Positions 23,484 to 36,270 of a stretch of DNA of 64,000 bases are shown here, one piece after another (within the stretch, counting starts at the first letter, position 1; each line of letters starts with the position of its first letter). A program made the translations under genes and the position numbers. The DNA comes from Cetorhinus maximus (taxonomy: Eukaryota), in contig NC_135901.1 of the NCBI RefSeq assembly GCF_964194155.1, positions 21,080,001-21,144,000 of the forward strand. The letters run 5' to 3'. The notes under the pieces are model-generated. The model saw nothing but the letters and a program-made list of their open reading frames with translations. It did no database searches and was not told where the DNA came from.

Positions 23484-25757
23484 CATAAAGGTCTACAGCA
23501 CAGAAAAAGGCCCTTTGGCCCATTGAGCTTGCACTGGTGAAACAAGTACCTAACTATTCTAATCCCATTTTCCAGCACAGGCCCATAGCCTTCTATGCCA
23601 TGGCATCGCAAGTGCACATCCAATTACTTCTTAAATGTTATGAGGGTTTTGCCCTCTCCCACCCTTTCAGGCAGTGAGCTCCAGATTCCCACCAACCTCT
23701 GGGTGAAAGAATTCTTCCTCACATTCCCTTTAAACCTCCTGCCCCTTACCTTAAATCTATGCCCCCTGGTTATTGATCCCTCCACCAAGGGGAAAAGTTC
23801 CTTCCTATCTACCCTATCTATACCCCTCATAACTTTATACACCTCAACCAAGTCCCCCCTCAATCTCCTCTGCTCCAGGGAAAATAACCTCAGTCTATCC
23901 AATCTCTCCTCATAACTAAAATTCTCCAGCCCAGGCAACATCCTGGTAAATCTCCTCTGCACTCTCTCTAGTGCAATCACATTCTTCCGATAATTCGGAT
24001 TCCAGAACTGCACGCAATACTCTAGCTGTGGCCTAACCAGCATTTTTTGCAGTTCCAGCATAACTTCCCTGATCTTATATTCTATGCCTCAGCTAATAAA
24101 GCCAAGTATCCCACATGCCTTCTTAACCACCTTATCTACCTGTCCCGCTACCGTAAGGAATGTGGACATGCACACCAAGGCCCTTCTGATCCTTGGTACT
24201 TCCCAGGGTCCAACCATTCATTGTGTATTCCCGTGCCTTGTTTGTCCTGCCCAAGTGCATCACCTCACACTTAACCAGATTAAATTCCATTTGCCACTGA
24301 TCAGCCCATCTGACCAGCCCGTCTCTATCCTCCTGTAATCTATGCTATCCTCCTCACTATTTACCAACGTACTAATTTTCGTGTCATCTGCAAACTTACT
24401 GATCAACCCTCCTACATTCAAGTCTTAATCGTTTATATATACCACAAACAGCAAGGGACCCAACACCGATCCCACTGGTCATAGGCATCCAATCACAAAA
24501 ACATCCCTCCACCATCACCCTCTGCTTCCTGCCACTCAGCCAATTCTGGATTCAATATGCCAAATTGCCTTGGATCCCATGGGCTCTTACCTTCATTATC
24601 AGTCTCCCATGCAGGACCGTATCAAAAGCCTTGCTGAAGTACAAGTAGACGACGTCAAATGCATTGCCCTCATCTACACACCTGGTCACCTCTTTGAAAA
24701 ATTGAGTCAAATTGGTCAGACATGACCTCCCCTTAACAAAACCATGCTGACTGTCCTTGATTAATCCCTGCCCCTCCAAGTGTCGATTAATTCTGTCCCT
24801 CAGAATTGCTTCCAATGGTTTCCCCACTACTGAGGTTAGACTAACTGGCCTATAGTTCCCTGATCTTTCCCTTCCTCCCTTCTTGAATAACGGTACCACA
24901 TTGGCTGTCCTCCAGTCCTCTGGCACCTCCTGTGGCCAGAGAGGTATTGAAAATTATTGCCAGCACCCCTGCCATCTCCTCCCTTGCTTCACTCAACAGC
25001 CTGGGATACATTTCATCCGGGCCTGGAGATTTATCTACTTTTTAGCCTGCCAGACCACTTAGAACCTCCTCCCTTTCTATGCTAATTTCTTTAATTATAT
25101 CACAGTACTTCTGCCTGAGTTCCATACCCACGTCGTCCCTCTCACCTGTGAACATCAACACAAAGCATTCATTTAGAACCCTACCTACGTCTTCCGGCTC
25201 CACACGCAAATTACCACTGTGGTCATTAATGGGCCGTACTCCTTCCTTAATTATCCTCTCACTCTTAAAGTACTTGTGAAATAACTTTGGATTCTCCTTT
25301 ATTTTACCTGCCTATGTTTTTTCATGCCCCTTTTTGCTCTTCTAATTTCCTTTTTAAGTTCCCCCTGCACATTCTATACTCCTCCAGGGCTTCCGCTGTT
25401 TTGAACCCTCGATATCTGCCATAAGCCTCCCTTTTTCTCTTTATCCAATCCTGTATATCCCTCGACATCCAGGGTTCCTTGGCTTTGTTGGTCCCACCCT
25501 TTGCTTTTATTGGAATATGTTGGCCCTGTACTCTCCCTATTTCCTTCTCGAATGAGTCCCACTGCTCTGATGCAGATTTACCTAAAAGTAGCTGCTCCCA
25601 GTCCATTCTGGCCAAATCATATCTGACCTTATTAAAATCAGCTTTCCCCCTATTCAGAACCCTGATTTCTGGCTCATCCTTGCCCTTTTCCATAACAACC
25701 TTCAATCTAACGGAGTTATGATCACTATCTGCAAAATGTTCCCTCACTGATGTCCCC
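23484..25757 (-). mobile_element. CR1 LINE, about 2.3 kb, 5'-truncated
   Basis: EHFADSDHNSV (endonuclease end), PEDWRTANV, SQHGFVKGRSCLTNL, LVRPQLEYCVQFW, then CR1 3' UTR. Confidence 0.95.
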
Positions 25758-26139
25758 AATTGTATATTATCTAATAAATCATTTGGTTCACACTAGACTC
25801 AATTATCGGGCAAGACTGAACACTTCAAATGGTAAATTTAGAAGATTTGTCAACAATGAAAAAGTAGAAAGGTAACAAGTTAAGAAGATAGAAAACCAAG
25901 TTTCAATTAAAAGTAAAAGGAAAAAGCTTAACTTAACAACTAAACAGCCTTCCCACAGCTTCCTCAGGTGATCAAGCCGAAGGTGTGAAATGATGAAAAC
26001 CCTCTGCTCGGTCATGGACAGTTGATCTTTCAGAATCCCGTCTCGGACACTCAGTACGTGGAGAACATGCCAGCAAAATTGCTTCTCCAAACCTTCATTT
26101 TATCCCCTTAACTCATACTTTCTTATCTCAAATTAGTCT

Positions 26140-26780
26140 AACTGTCAAATAATAAACTGGGATAGCCATATAAATACTGTGGCTACACAGGCAGGCCAGA
26201 GGCTAGGAATCCTGCAGCATGTAATTCACCTCCTGACTCCCCAAAGCCTGTCCACCATCTGCAAGGCACAAGCCAGGAGTGTGATGGAATATTCTCCACT
26301 TGCCTGGATGAATGCAGCTCACACACACACTCAAGAAGCTTGACACCGTCAAGGACAAAGCAGCCCGCTTGATTGGCACCACATCCACAAACATTCACTT
26401 CCTCCACTACCAACGCACAGTGGTAGCGGTGTGTACCATCTACAAGATGCACTGCATGAACTCACCAAGGTTCCTTAGACAGCACCTTTCAAACCCACGA
26501 CTGCTACCATCTAGGACAAGGGCAGCAGATATGTGGGAACACCACCGCCTGGAGGTTTCCCTGCAAGCCACTCACCACCCTGACTTGGAAATATATCACC
26601 GTTCCTTCACTGTCGCTGGGTCAATATTCCTTCCTAACAGCACTGTGGATGTACCTGCACCACATGGACTGCAGCGGTTCAAGAAGGTGGCTCACCACCA
26701 CCTTCTCAAGGGCAATTAGGGATGGGCAATTAATGCTGGCATAGCTAGCGATGCTCACATGCTGTGAATGAATAAAAAAA
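26140..26780 (+). mobile_element. LINE 3' fragment (CR1/L2 group) with A-tail
   Basis: ORF ends GLQRFKKVAHHHLLKGN*, then tail ...GAATGAATAAAAAAA. Confidence 0.8.
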
Positions 26781-27431
26781 GAATTGGTTAACTATCTGCT
26801 TATTTATAATTGGTTTCTCACATATGTGAACGTTTTCCCATACAGTAATACAATGGGGCTACTCGGTATGTTTCAGTGTCTGATTTTTATATAATTCTTG
26901 AATAATGCCTTATTCTTTACCCATCTTTATGTGACTCTGCAGGGTCATGAAGGCTTCGACTTAGCGCACCTTATCTTTCTAGGCTGGCTTGTGAAACATA
27001 ATTTTGCAATGCACAGCCTTATAATGTACAATTAGTATATTTAAAATTATGTGTAAACATTACAGACTTTCTGTTACAAGTTATATGTCCAGCCTTCATC
27101 AATACATCTATTGATTAATTATTTATCCTCCAACTGTCCCACAATTGAGGCTCACTATTTTGTTCAATCATTCCTGGCTGGTTTTCAATCATGCAGTAAC
27201 TGGTTAGTTTTAAAATGTCTCCTGGATTAGTTCAAAATGGCTGATTGACCATGTCAGCTTACTCTTTAAATAACATATTCATTCAGACTACAAAATAGTC
27301 AAGCCACACTAAAATTATTGATTTTAAAACTACCAATAGTCCACAGGTTGAAATATATTGTCAGAAAATTGATCCCTCACTATTCAATTTATCTCACCAG
27401 TTTCTATTTGGCATCAGAATTGACCTCCAGC

Positions 27432-27854
27432 TCAGATCAGAAGTACGAATTTGCAATCTCCTGGTGAGGACCTCAAGTATCGAACAATGAAAATAACGAC
27501 AACTGTGGTTATCAGTTGTATGAACACAAAGATGGTGGAAATAGCCCTTAACCAGGGGTCTTGACTTGCATTGACAACAGTTTGCAAACAGTGGGTTTTG
27601 TCATTTCCAAGTTCCTCAATTCCTTTCTCTCTCCTCTCATTATCCTGCTGCATCTTAACCTCCATAACTCCTGGAATTGCACTCACTCTCAGCCCTTCAC
27701 CCTCTTCTATTGAGAGTAGTCTGTTATCTCCATCTGTGGCCCAATCACAGCTGTTACAATAGACAGCCAAGTCACAATAGTTACACTGATGGCCAGCAAA
27801 GCTGATGAAATTACTCCAGTTACAGTGTCTCTCAAGAGGTGTCATCAATTGCAC
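27432..27854 (-). other. unassigned 140-codon ORF with Cys-rich segment and C-terminal hydrophobic stretch
   Basis: Stop-free frame; ISTIFVFIQLITTVVVIFIV followed by RYLR. Confidence 0.25.
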
Positions 27855-28089
27855 TGGAATGCTGCTTTGGGCTGCATTAAAGTGCTTAAGTTGGAGTTTG
27901 GTGAGTGAGGGAGTTCAGAAAGAGGGAAGATGGTGAGCCTTTTATTTGCTACCGTTCCTCAGCCTGCAATATCTGGCTCTTACTTTGCTACTCTGGAAGC
28001 CCATAAAGCAGCAGGGGTTCAGGAAGAGAGAGCCAAAAAAGCAGTGTGAGAGAGAGAGAGAGAGAGCGACAGGAGTTTACAGAGAAAAT

Positions 28090-29435
28090 CTAAAAGTGAC
28101 GCCACAGGAGTCCCGTAAGTTGATTGGTTGGTAAGCATAGGCCTTTCCAGACTCGGCACACAGGAGAGGTAAATGACAGGTGGATTATTATATTGTACCA
28201 TATTGTGGAAACACTTCATATAAAGTTTAAGGTATGACAGTGCAGCTCGGCCATGTGGAATGTGCATCCTGCAGGGCGTGGGACGCCGTGCAGGCACAAA
28301 GTGCTCTCAATGACTACATTTGCAGGAAGTGTCATCAACTGCAGAAACCTGAGCTCTGGGTTGCAGAAATCAAGGGCTAGCTAAAGTTGTTGTGTGCACC
28401 CAGAAGGCTGAGGATTATATTGATAGCACATTTAGAGAGGAGGTCACACTACAGCTAAGAAGTACACAGGCAGAGAGGGAATGGGTGGCCACCAGAGTGT
28501 CTACAAGAAACAGGCAGGTCATGCAGGAATCCCCTGAGGCTATTTCACTCACTAACAGCTTTTCAATTTGGATACTGGTGAGTGAGATAGATCCTCAGAG
28601 GACTGTAGCAAGAGCCAAGTTCATGGCACCATGGGTGACTCAGTTACACAAGAGGGGAGGGGGGAAGTGTGAAAGAGGTATAGTGGCAGGGGATTCCATA
28701 GGGGAGCAGATAGACATTTCTGCAGCTTTAGACGTGACTCCAGGATGGTATGTTGCCTCCCTGATGCCAGGGTCAAGGATTTCACAGAGCAGCTGCAGGA
28801 CATTATTTTGGGGGAGGGTGAACAGCCAGAGGTCGTGGTCCACATTGGGACCAATGACATAGATAGGAAAAGGGATGAGGTCCTGAAAGCAGATTTTAGG
28901 GAGCTAGGGCGGGAATTAAAGAGCAGTAATCAAGTGCAGAAATCCCAGGATTACTCCCAGTGCCACGTGCTTGTGAGTTTAAGAATTGGAAGATTAAGCA
29001 GTTCAACACATGGCTGGAGAAATGGAGTAGGAGGGAGGGTTTTAGATTTCTGAGGCATTCGGACCGGTTCTGGGGCAGGTGGGACCTGTACATGAAGGAC
29101 AGGTTACACCTTAACAGGACTGGGACTAATGTCTTTGGGGGGAGGTTTGCGAATGCTGTTGGGGAGGGTTTAAACCAGATTGGCAGGGGGATGGGAACCT
29201 GAGGGGAAAATCAGAGTGGAGAGCAGAAAAACTGGCAGTGGGAACTAGAGAAGCATTAACTGATAAGGGGGATATATTGGAGAGTAGCATCAAGGTAAAT
29301 AGAATACTTAGAGAGTTCGATAGAATTAGAGCAGGCAATAGTAAGTCATTAGATGGGGTCAGAGTAAGGGCAAAGTAAAACAACTCTAATACAGGTTTAA
29401 TGTGCATGAATGTGAATGCACAGAGTATGGTTAAT
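28090..29435 (+). mobile_element. CR1 5' region: ORF1 (zinc knuckle + SGNH esterase) and start of ORF2
   Basis: CRKCHQLQ, GDS, VCCLPDARVKD, VVVHIGTNDI and DRLHLN; then CMNVNAQSMVN (endonuclease start). Confidence 0.88.
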
Positions 29436-29975
29436 AATTCTAGTCCTCTCGAAATAAATGCCAACATTGCATTTGCCTTCCTAACTACCGACTCAACCTG
29501 CAAGTTAACCTTAAGAGAATCCTGGGCTAGGACTCCCAAGTCCTTTTGCACTCCAGATTTATGAATTGTCTCCCCATTTAGAAAATAGTCTATGACTCTA
29601 TTCTTCCTACCAAAGTGCATGACCTCACACTTCCCCACGTTGTATTCTATCTGCCACTTCTTTGCCCATTCTCCTAACCTGTCTAGATCCTTCTGCAGCC
29701 TCCCCGCCTCCTCAATGCTACCTGTCCCTCCACCTATCTTTGTATCATCTGCAAACTTAGCCAGAATGCCCTCAGTTCCTTCATCTAGATCATTAATGTA
29801 TAAAGTGAAAAGTTGTGGTCCCAACACTGACCCTTGCGGAATTCCACTAGTCACCGGCTGCCATTCTGAGAAGGACCCCCTTATCCCAACTCTCTGCCTC
29901 CTGCCAGACAGCCAATCTTCTATCTATGCTAGTACCTTGCCTCTAACACCATGGGCTCTTATCTTACTGTCCAGC
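29436..29975 (-). mobile_element. CR1 RT fragment
   Basis: GIPQGSVLGPQLFTLYINDL, AKFADDTKIG and KCEVMHFG. Confidence 0.92.
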
Positions 29976-29979
29976 AGCC

Positions 29980-30176
29980 TTCTGTTAAATAAGCACACTC
30001 ACAGTCATTAGAAGCCATTTACTTGCTCTGTGTGTGGGAAGGCATTCACTCAGTCTGGCAGCCTGCATTTATATGAACGCACTCACACTGGGGAGAAGTC
30101 ATTCACCTGCTCCACGTGTGGGAAGGGTTTCATTCAGTCACGGTACCTGCTAACACATCAGCGAGTTTATGAGTAA
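29980..30176 (+). pseudogene. 3' remnant of a ZNF gene (copy 5)
   Basis: Last two fingers ([23 protein letters not shown]). 3' UTR 30177-30510 is homologous to 9960-10230 and 59830-60100. Confidence 0.85.
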
Positions 30177-30519
30177 TTCTGGGGGTTGGATTCTGCTGTT
30201 AATCACACCCAGAATTGATAGTCTGACAATACGGGGTTTGTTTCTGCTGTTAGTAACAACCCCTATAACTGGCTGGAGTTTAATATTCTGGAGATGTCAC
30301 TGATCTTTGGGACTGCAGTATCCCTTTCTAAAAACACCATCTGTGATCTTTCCCCTTAATTCAAGAACTCTCAACAGGAACTCATTTACAATAAAATGAT
30401 GAACTTTTACTGCAATCCTAAATTGGCCTTTGCAAAATCTAAAATTCAGTGTTTGATAGGTTCCACTGATTAGCACCTCCAATTAGAAAGTGCTGATTGT
30501 CAGCAAGGATTAATCAGGA

Positions 30520-30950
30520 CCATCACACTATTGAAAAAAAAGGTGACAGGGGAGATTGCAACAAACTACAGGGACATCTCACTCCTGAGCGTCACTGGGA
30601 AGGCCTTCGCTGGGATCATGCTTAAAGACTTCATCTACTTGCAGACTGAGTGTATCCAGAAGTACAGTGAGGTTTCTATGCTGGCAGATCTACAGTGGAC
30701 ATGATCTTCTCCACACACCAGTGACAGGAGAAGTGTAGGGAACAGGATATACCTCTTTACCTTACTGTTGTAGATCTCAGTAAAGCATTCAACACCGTCA
30801 GCAGGGCAAGGCTCTACAAGATTTTGGAGAAAATTGACTGTCCTACAAAGCTGCTCAGTCTGATCCACTCCTTTCATGACAACATGCAGTGACTGTGAAG
30901 TTTGACAGCACCACTTCCGACAGTTTCAGGGTGAAGAATGGAGTGAAACA
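30520..30950 (+). mobile_element. RTE-clade LINE RT fragment
   Basis: KKGDRGDCN..RDISLLSVTGKAFA, DLSKAFNTV and KNGVKQ. Confidence 0.8.
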
Positions 30951-31252
30951 GACGCCAACACTGAAAACAACAACCCACAACGACACCTGATCACCACGAA
31001 TAATAATAATTTCTATCAGGGAGATAGAACAGGGAGATGTGACGTTGAATGGTGAGATGAGTCATGAGATAATTGCATCTAAAGTCCAGAAAGGGGTTGT
31101 TTAAATCAGTGCTTCCCAAACTTTTTCCCAGTGTGACCCCATTTTAATGCCTCAGATTCCGTGTTACCCCAGAGTAAAAATTTGAGGAGAGTTGTCGTGC
31201 TGGGGGTGGGGTGGTGGTGGGGGGTCTTCAGCTGTTGAGCGGGGTTGGGGGG

Positions 31253-32577
31253 ATTATTAATGTATTTGATCTCTGATTATTAATGTAATACCATCCTGAT
31301 TATTCGTTTATAGGATCCTGATTATTGACGCAATTGACAAACAACATGACTGGATTCTGATTGTTGATGCCATAGGACTCTGTTATTAATTGAAATAATT
31401 CTGATTAATGTATTTGCATCGTGATAATTGCAATAATTTCCTGATTACTGAATCGGGAGCTTAATCACAGTATCTTTACAGTGCAGAAGGAGGACATTCA
31501 GCCCATTGAGTCTGCACTGGCTCTCTGAAAGAGAATTCCACCTAGTTCCACTCCTCTGCCTTAACCCCGTAATCTTGCACATTCTCTCTTTTCAGGCAGC
31601 AATCCAATTCCCTTTTAAATACCTCGATCAAACCTGCATCCACCACCCTTTCAGGAAGTTTGTTCCAGACTCCAACCACCCTCTGGGTGAAAAAAAATTT
31701 CCTCACGTTACATTTACTGCTTTTGCCAATTATTTTGTATCTGTGCCCTCTAGTTCTTGGTGTTCTCTTGAGTGGGAACAGTTTCTCACGATTTACCCTG
31801 CCCATACTCCTTAGGATCTTGAATACCTCTATCAAGCCTCTTCTCAGCCTTCTTTTCTCCAAGGAAAACAGTCCCAACCTCTCCAATCTATCCTCATAGC
31901 TACAGTTCTTCATCGCGGGAATCATCCTTGTGAATCCCCTCTGTACTTTCCCTAATGCTTTCACATCCTTCCTCAAGAATGGTGCCCAGAACTGGACGCA
32001 GGCTCCAGATGAGGCCTAACTAGTGTCTTATACAAGTTCAACATGACCTCCTTACTCTTGTACTCAATGCCCCTATTAATAAAGCCTAAGATACTATATT
32101 CTTTATTAACTGCTGTCTCAACATGCCCTGCCATCTTCAATGACCTATGTATATATATAATGAGGTCCTGCATCTCCTTTCGAGGCTCTCCCTTTATTTT
32201 ATACTGTCTCTCCATATCTTTCCTGCTAAAACGAATCATCTCACACTCCTCTGCATTGAACTTCATCTGCCACATTAATGCAATTGAAATCGTGTAAGTA
32301 ATGTAATAGAATCCTGATCATTAATGTAATAAGACATTGATTATTTATACAATAAGATCCTGATTGTTGATGCAATAGGCACCAGACTATTAATGTAATA
32401 GTATCCTGATTATTAATGTGTTGGGATCCTGAATCTTAAAGTAATTGGACTCTAATCATTAATGTAATAGGAACCTGAGCATTGATGTAATAAGGTCCTC
32501 ATTATTGATGCAATAGGATTCTGATTATTAATGTATCAGTATCCTGATTATTGATACATTATGATCCTGATTATTGA
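31253..32577. repeat. degenerate 23-bp minisatellite (about CCTGATTATTAATGTAATAGGAT), split by a CR1 insertion
   Basis: About 8 units at 31253-31452 and about 13 units at 32275-32577. Confidence 0.85.
31465..32274 (-). mobile_element. CR1 3' fragment nested in the minisatellite
   Basis: WQMKFNAEEC, LYKTLVRPHLE and LFSLEKRRLR. Confidence 0.92.
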
Positions 32578-32829
32578 AGAAATCCGTTTTCCAGAAACAA
32601 CTGACCTTTTCACAAACTTCATTTGCAGCAGCAATTGGGCCTCAGAGAGCAGTCCTTTAGGCTATGCCCACCAACAAAACAAAATGCAAGGATTTAAAGG
32701 GGCCTTGCAGCTGTTAGGAAGCAGTTGGAGTTCCACAGCAGCCATTGCTGCCACAGAACTCATAAGCCCAAAATCTCATTTTGGGACACCACTGGGGGGG
32801 TCACGACACTCAGTTTGGGAAGCCCTGAC

Positions 32830-33130
32830 TTACACTGAGACTATAAAATCCGAACAGGCTTTTAAAGCTCTTGTCACAGTCTAAGCGTTTAAACTCTCTC
32901 TCTCTCCAGTAATAACTCGCTGGTGCGTTTGGGGGGGCTGGATGACCGAGTGAATCCCATCCCACACACGGAGCAGGTGAACAGCCTCTCCGCAGTGTGC
33001 ATGCACTGATGACTTTCCAACTCAAATGAGTAATTGAATCCCTTGTCACTGTCCTTACATTAACACAGTTTGTCCCCAATGTGACTGTGCTTGTGTCTTG
33101 ACAGGACAGATGATCGACTGAAACCTCATC
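32830..33130 (-). pseudogene. ZNF remnant (copy 6)
   Basis: Degenerate fingers (CKDSDKGFNYSFELESHQCMH; CSVCGMGFTRSSSP). Confidence 0.75.
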
Positions 33131-33289
33131 CAGGGATATGGGGAAAGAGTGGGTGAGTGGGATTAACTGGATAGCTCTTTGAAAGAGCCAGTGCAGATTC
33201 GATGAGCCGAGTGGCCTCCTTCTTTGCTGTACTTTGATGAGATCCTATGATTCTATAACAGGATATTGATTCATAATAAACACCATAGG

Positions 33290-33893
33290 ATTTAATCATA
33301 AGAGTTCAGAAGGCGGCCATTCAGCCCACTGTGTCTGTATTGTGTCTCTGAAAACGTTACCATTCTGACCCATTCCCCTGATCTTTCTCCTGATATCTGA
33401 AAATATTTCCTGATTGAGTGAAAGTCCAGATCACTTTTGAAAGTTACTATTGGATCTGCTTCCACCAGATTCAGACAATGTGTTCCAATCATCAGAACTC
33501 ACTGAGTAAAATAATCTCTCATCTTCACCCTGGATTTTTTGCCAATTATTTTAAATCTGTGGTTACCAACCATCCTGTCAATGGAACCAAAATCCACCTA
33601 TGTAAATGATAATTCTTCAAAAATGTCCACACCTCTATTAAATCACTCTTCTCTGCTCTAAATAGACAATTGCAGCTTCTCCAGTCTCTCCACATAATGG
33701 AAACCCCTCATCCTTGGTACTATTCTGGTCAATTTTCTGTGTACTCGCTCCAAGGCCTTGACATCTTTCCTGAAGTGTGGTGCTCAGAACTGAACACAAT
33801 ATTTTAGCTGAGGTTTAAAAAGTAATTTATAAAGATTCAGTGTGACTTCCTTGCTTTGTACTTCATGTCTCCATTAATAAATGGAGGACCCTA
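33290..33893 (-). mobile_element. old CR1 3' fragment
   Basis: Antisense of LEYCVQFWAP / ERVHRKLTRIVP-like sequence plus 3' UTR. Confidence 0.7.
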
Positions 33894-34380
33894 TTGTTGG
33901 GGAGATGTTGGGTGGTCAGCAGTTTAGTGAGAATAGGGTCAAGGGAGCAGAAGGCAAGTCTCATGGACAAGATGAACTTTGAGTTAGAAGATAGGAGAGA
34001 AACTGGAGAAAGATGCGAGTTCAGGGCTCGGAGAAGAGAAAACTTCAGAGGGAGTTTGTCCCGGTGGGCTAGTGGAAGGGAGGGAAGCAGCAGAGGCAGC
34101 TGATCAGATTGTCCCAATCTTAGTGACAGAAAAGCTCCATGAGCTCCTCGCGCTTGTTGTTGGGAAGTGAGGATGGAGGAGACGGGAGAGAAATTCAAAA
34201 GGAATTAATGTTAGAGATATTAAAAAGATTCAACACACTGTGTTTAATACAAAGCTGATTTTATTTGACTTTTATCCAGAATATTAACTACGATAATTGG
34301 GCTGGAGTTTATTAACATCAGTAAAAACAGACAACAATGAACATGGTTCAGTCCTGGATGTGATTAACAGCAAAATCCAG

Positions 34381-35343
34381 TCACTGTAATTGTTTGTGAA
34401 CTCGCTGGTGACTCATCAGGGTGGATGACCGAGTGAATCTCTTCCCACACACGAAGCAGATAGATGTTCTCTCTGCACTGTGAATTTGCTGGTGTTTCTG
34501 CAGGTGGGCTGACTGAGTGAATCCCTTTCCACACAGAGAGCAGATGAATGGTCTCTCTCCAGTGTGAGCTTGCTGGTGTATAGTGAGCTGAGATGATTGC
34601 CTGAACCCAGTGCCACATTGAGAACATCTGAATGGTCTCACGTCAGTGTGAATACGTTGATGGTGCATCAGTTCCCCAGAACTTTTATAGCACTTTCCGC
34701 AGTCTGGGCATTTAAAAGGTCTCTCTCCAGTGTGAATTCGCTGGTGTACAGTGAGTTCACATGATTGCCTGAACCCAGCCCCACAGTGAGAGCACCTGAA
34801 CGGTCTCTCGACAGTGTGAAAACATTGATGGGACATCAGTTCCTCAAAACTTTTATAGCACTTCTGACAGTCTGTGCATTTGAAAGGTTTCTTGTCGGTG
34901 TGAATTTGCTGGCGTCTCATCAGGTTTGATGAACAAGTAAATCCCTTCCCACACACAGAGCAGGTGAACGGTCTCTTCCCAGTATGACCTTGCTGGTGTA
35001 AAAGCAGGGTGGATGACTGAGCGAATCCCTTCCCATACTTGGGGCAGATGAACAGCCTCACCCCAGTGTGAACTCTTCGGTGTGTCAGCAGGTCAGATGA
35101 ATTAATGAACCCCTTCCCACACTCGGAGCAGGTGAACGGCCTCTCCCCAGTGTGAACTCGCTGGTGTTTTAGCAGGTAGTTTTACTTTGTGAATCCCTTC
35201 CAGCATTCAGAACGGGTGAACAGCCTCTCCTCGGTGTGAATTCGCTGGTGAATTTCCAGCTCCGATCGGTAATTGAATCCATTCTCATAGTCCCCATATT
35301 TCCATAGTTTTTCCCCAGAGTGAATGGTGGTGTTTGGTTCCAT
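34381..35343 (-). pseudogene. ZNF gene with one in-frame stop and degenerate N-terminal fingers (copy 7)
   Basis: ATG at 35343 and in-frame TAA at 35182-35184. Downstream 7-8 fingers are intact, including a duplicated KCYKS.ELM / G.GFRQS..LT pair. Confidence 0.75.
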
Positions 35344-35859
35344 GTTCAAAGGCTGATGATATTCAGGTCCTGATGAATTCGGCAACTCATTCTGATCCTG
35401 ATATGATGTTTAGTTTGAGTTTCTAAACTGCAAATCCTCCCCTTCTAATCCCCTGTGCAATTGATTTAAAACAGAAAAAAGGGGAGTGAGAGAACCCACA
35501 TGTACCAAAGGCAGGTTGTGAAAAATGAGCTGAATGAATTTGGTAATTTGTGGGTCAGAACTAGGAACAAGTGACCATGAAAGCTGCTCAATTGTCATAA
35601 AAACCCAACTGGTTCACTAACGTCCTGCAGGGAAGGGAACCTGCCACCTGGTCATGGCCTACACAAGATTCTGGACACTATGGGAGGAGAGATAGAGAAG
35701 TGGGAGAGGCAGGTAGCAAACGAGAGACCAACTCAACCATAACTTTGACAGAAACTCCCAAACCCTCAACCTCCACCACTTGGAAGGACCAGGGTAGCAG
35801 GTGCATGTGAACACCATCACTTCCAAGTTCCCTTCCAAGTCACGCACCATCCTGACTTG

Positions 35860-36270
35860 TCTGACATCGAGTCCTGGATGAGCAGAAATTTCCTCCATTT
35901 AGATATTGGCAGACTGAAGCCATTGTCTTCAGTCCCTGTGGTAAACTCCACTCCCTAGTCACCAACTCCATCCCTCTCCCTGAAAACTGTCTGAGGCTGA
36001 ACCAGACTGTTCACGACTTTGTTGTAATATTTGACCCCAAGATGAGCTTTAATCACATATCAGTGTTATCACCAAGACTGCCTATTTCCAATTCAGTAAC
36101 ATCGCCTGACTCCACCCTAGTCTCAGCTCATCTGCTGCTGAAATTCTCATCCATTCCTTTGTTACCTGTAGACTAAACACCCCTAACACACTCCCAGCCA
36201 GCCTCCTACATTCAATCTTCTTGTAATCTTGAGGACATCCAAAACTCTGCTGTCCATGTGCCGACGCACA
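35860..36270 (+). mobile_element. L2-like LINE fragment
   Basis: LSDIESWMSRNFLHL.IG.TEAIVF and EILIHSFVTCRL. Confidence 0.75.

Larger units (their letters stand above)
31107..32827. mobile_element. non-autonomous hAT-like DNA transposon with internal minisatellite
   Basis: TIRs CAGTGCTTCCCAAACT (31107) and AGTTTGGGAAGCCCTG (ends 32827), 15/16 match. No clean 8-bp TSD. Confidence 0.7.

Noticed and set aside
29126-29854. 242-aa ORF as a novel RT fusion protein
   Set aside because: A CR1 RT fragment reading by chance into the antisense of another CR1.
31253-32577. CRISPR-like regular repeats
   Set aside because: Contiguous degenerate tandem units with no unique spacers, no cas genes, and a eukaryotic context.
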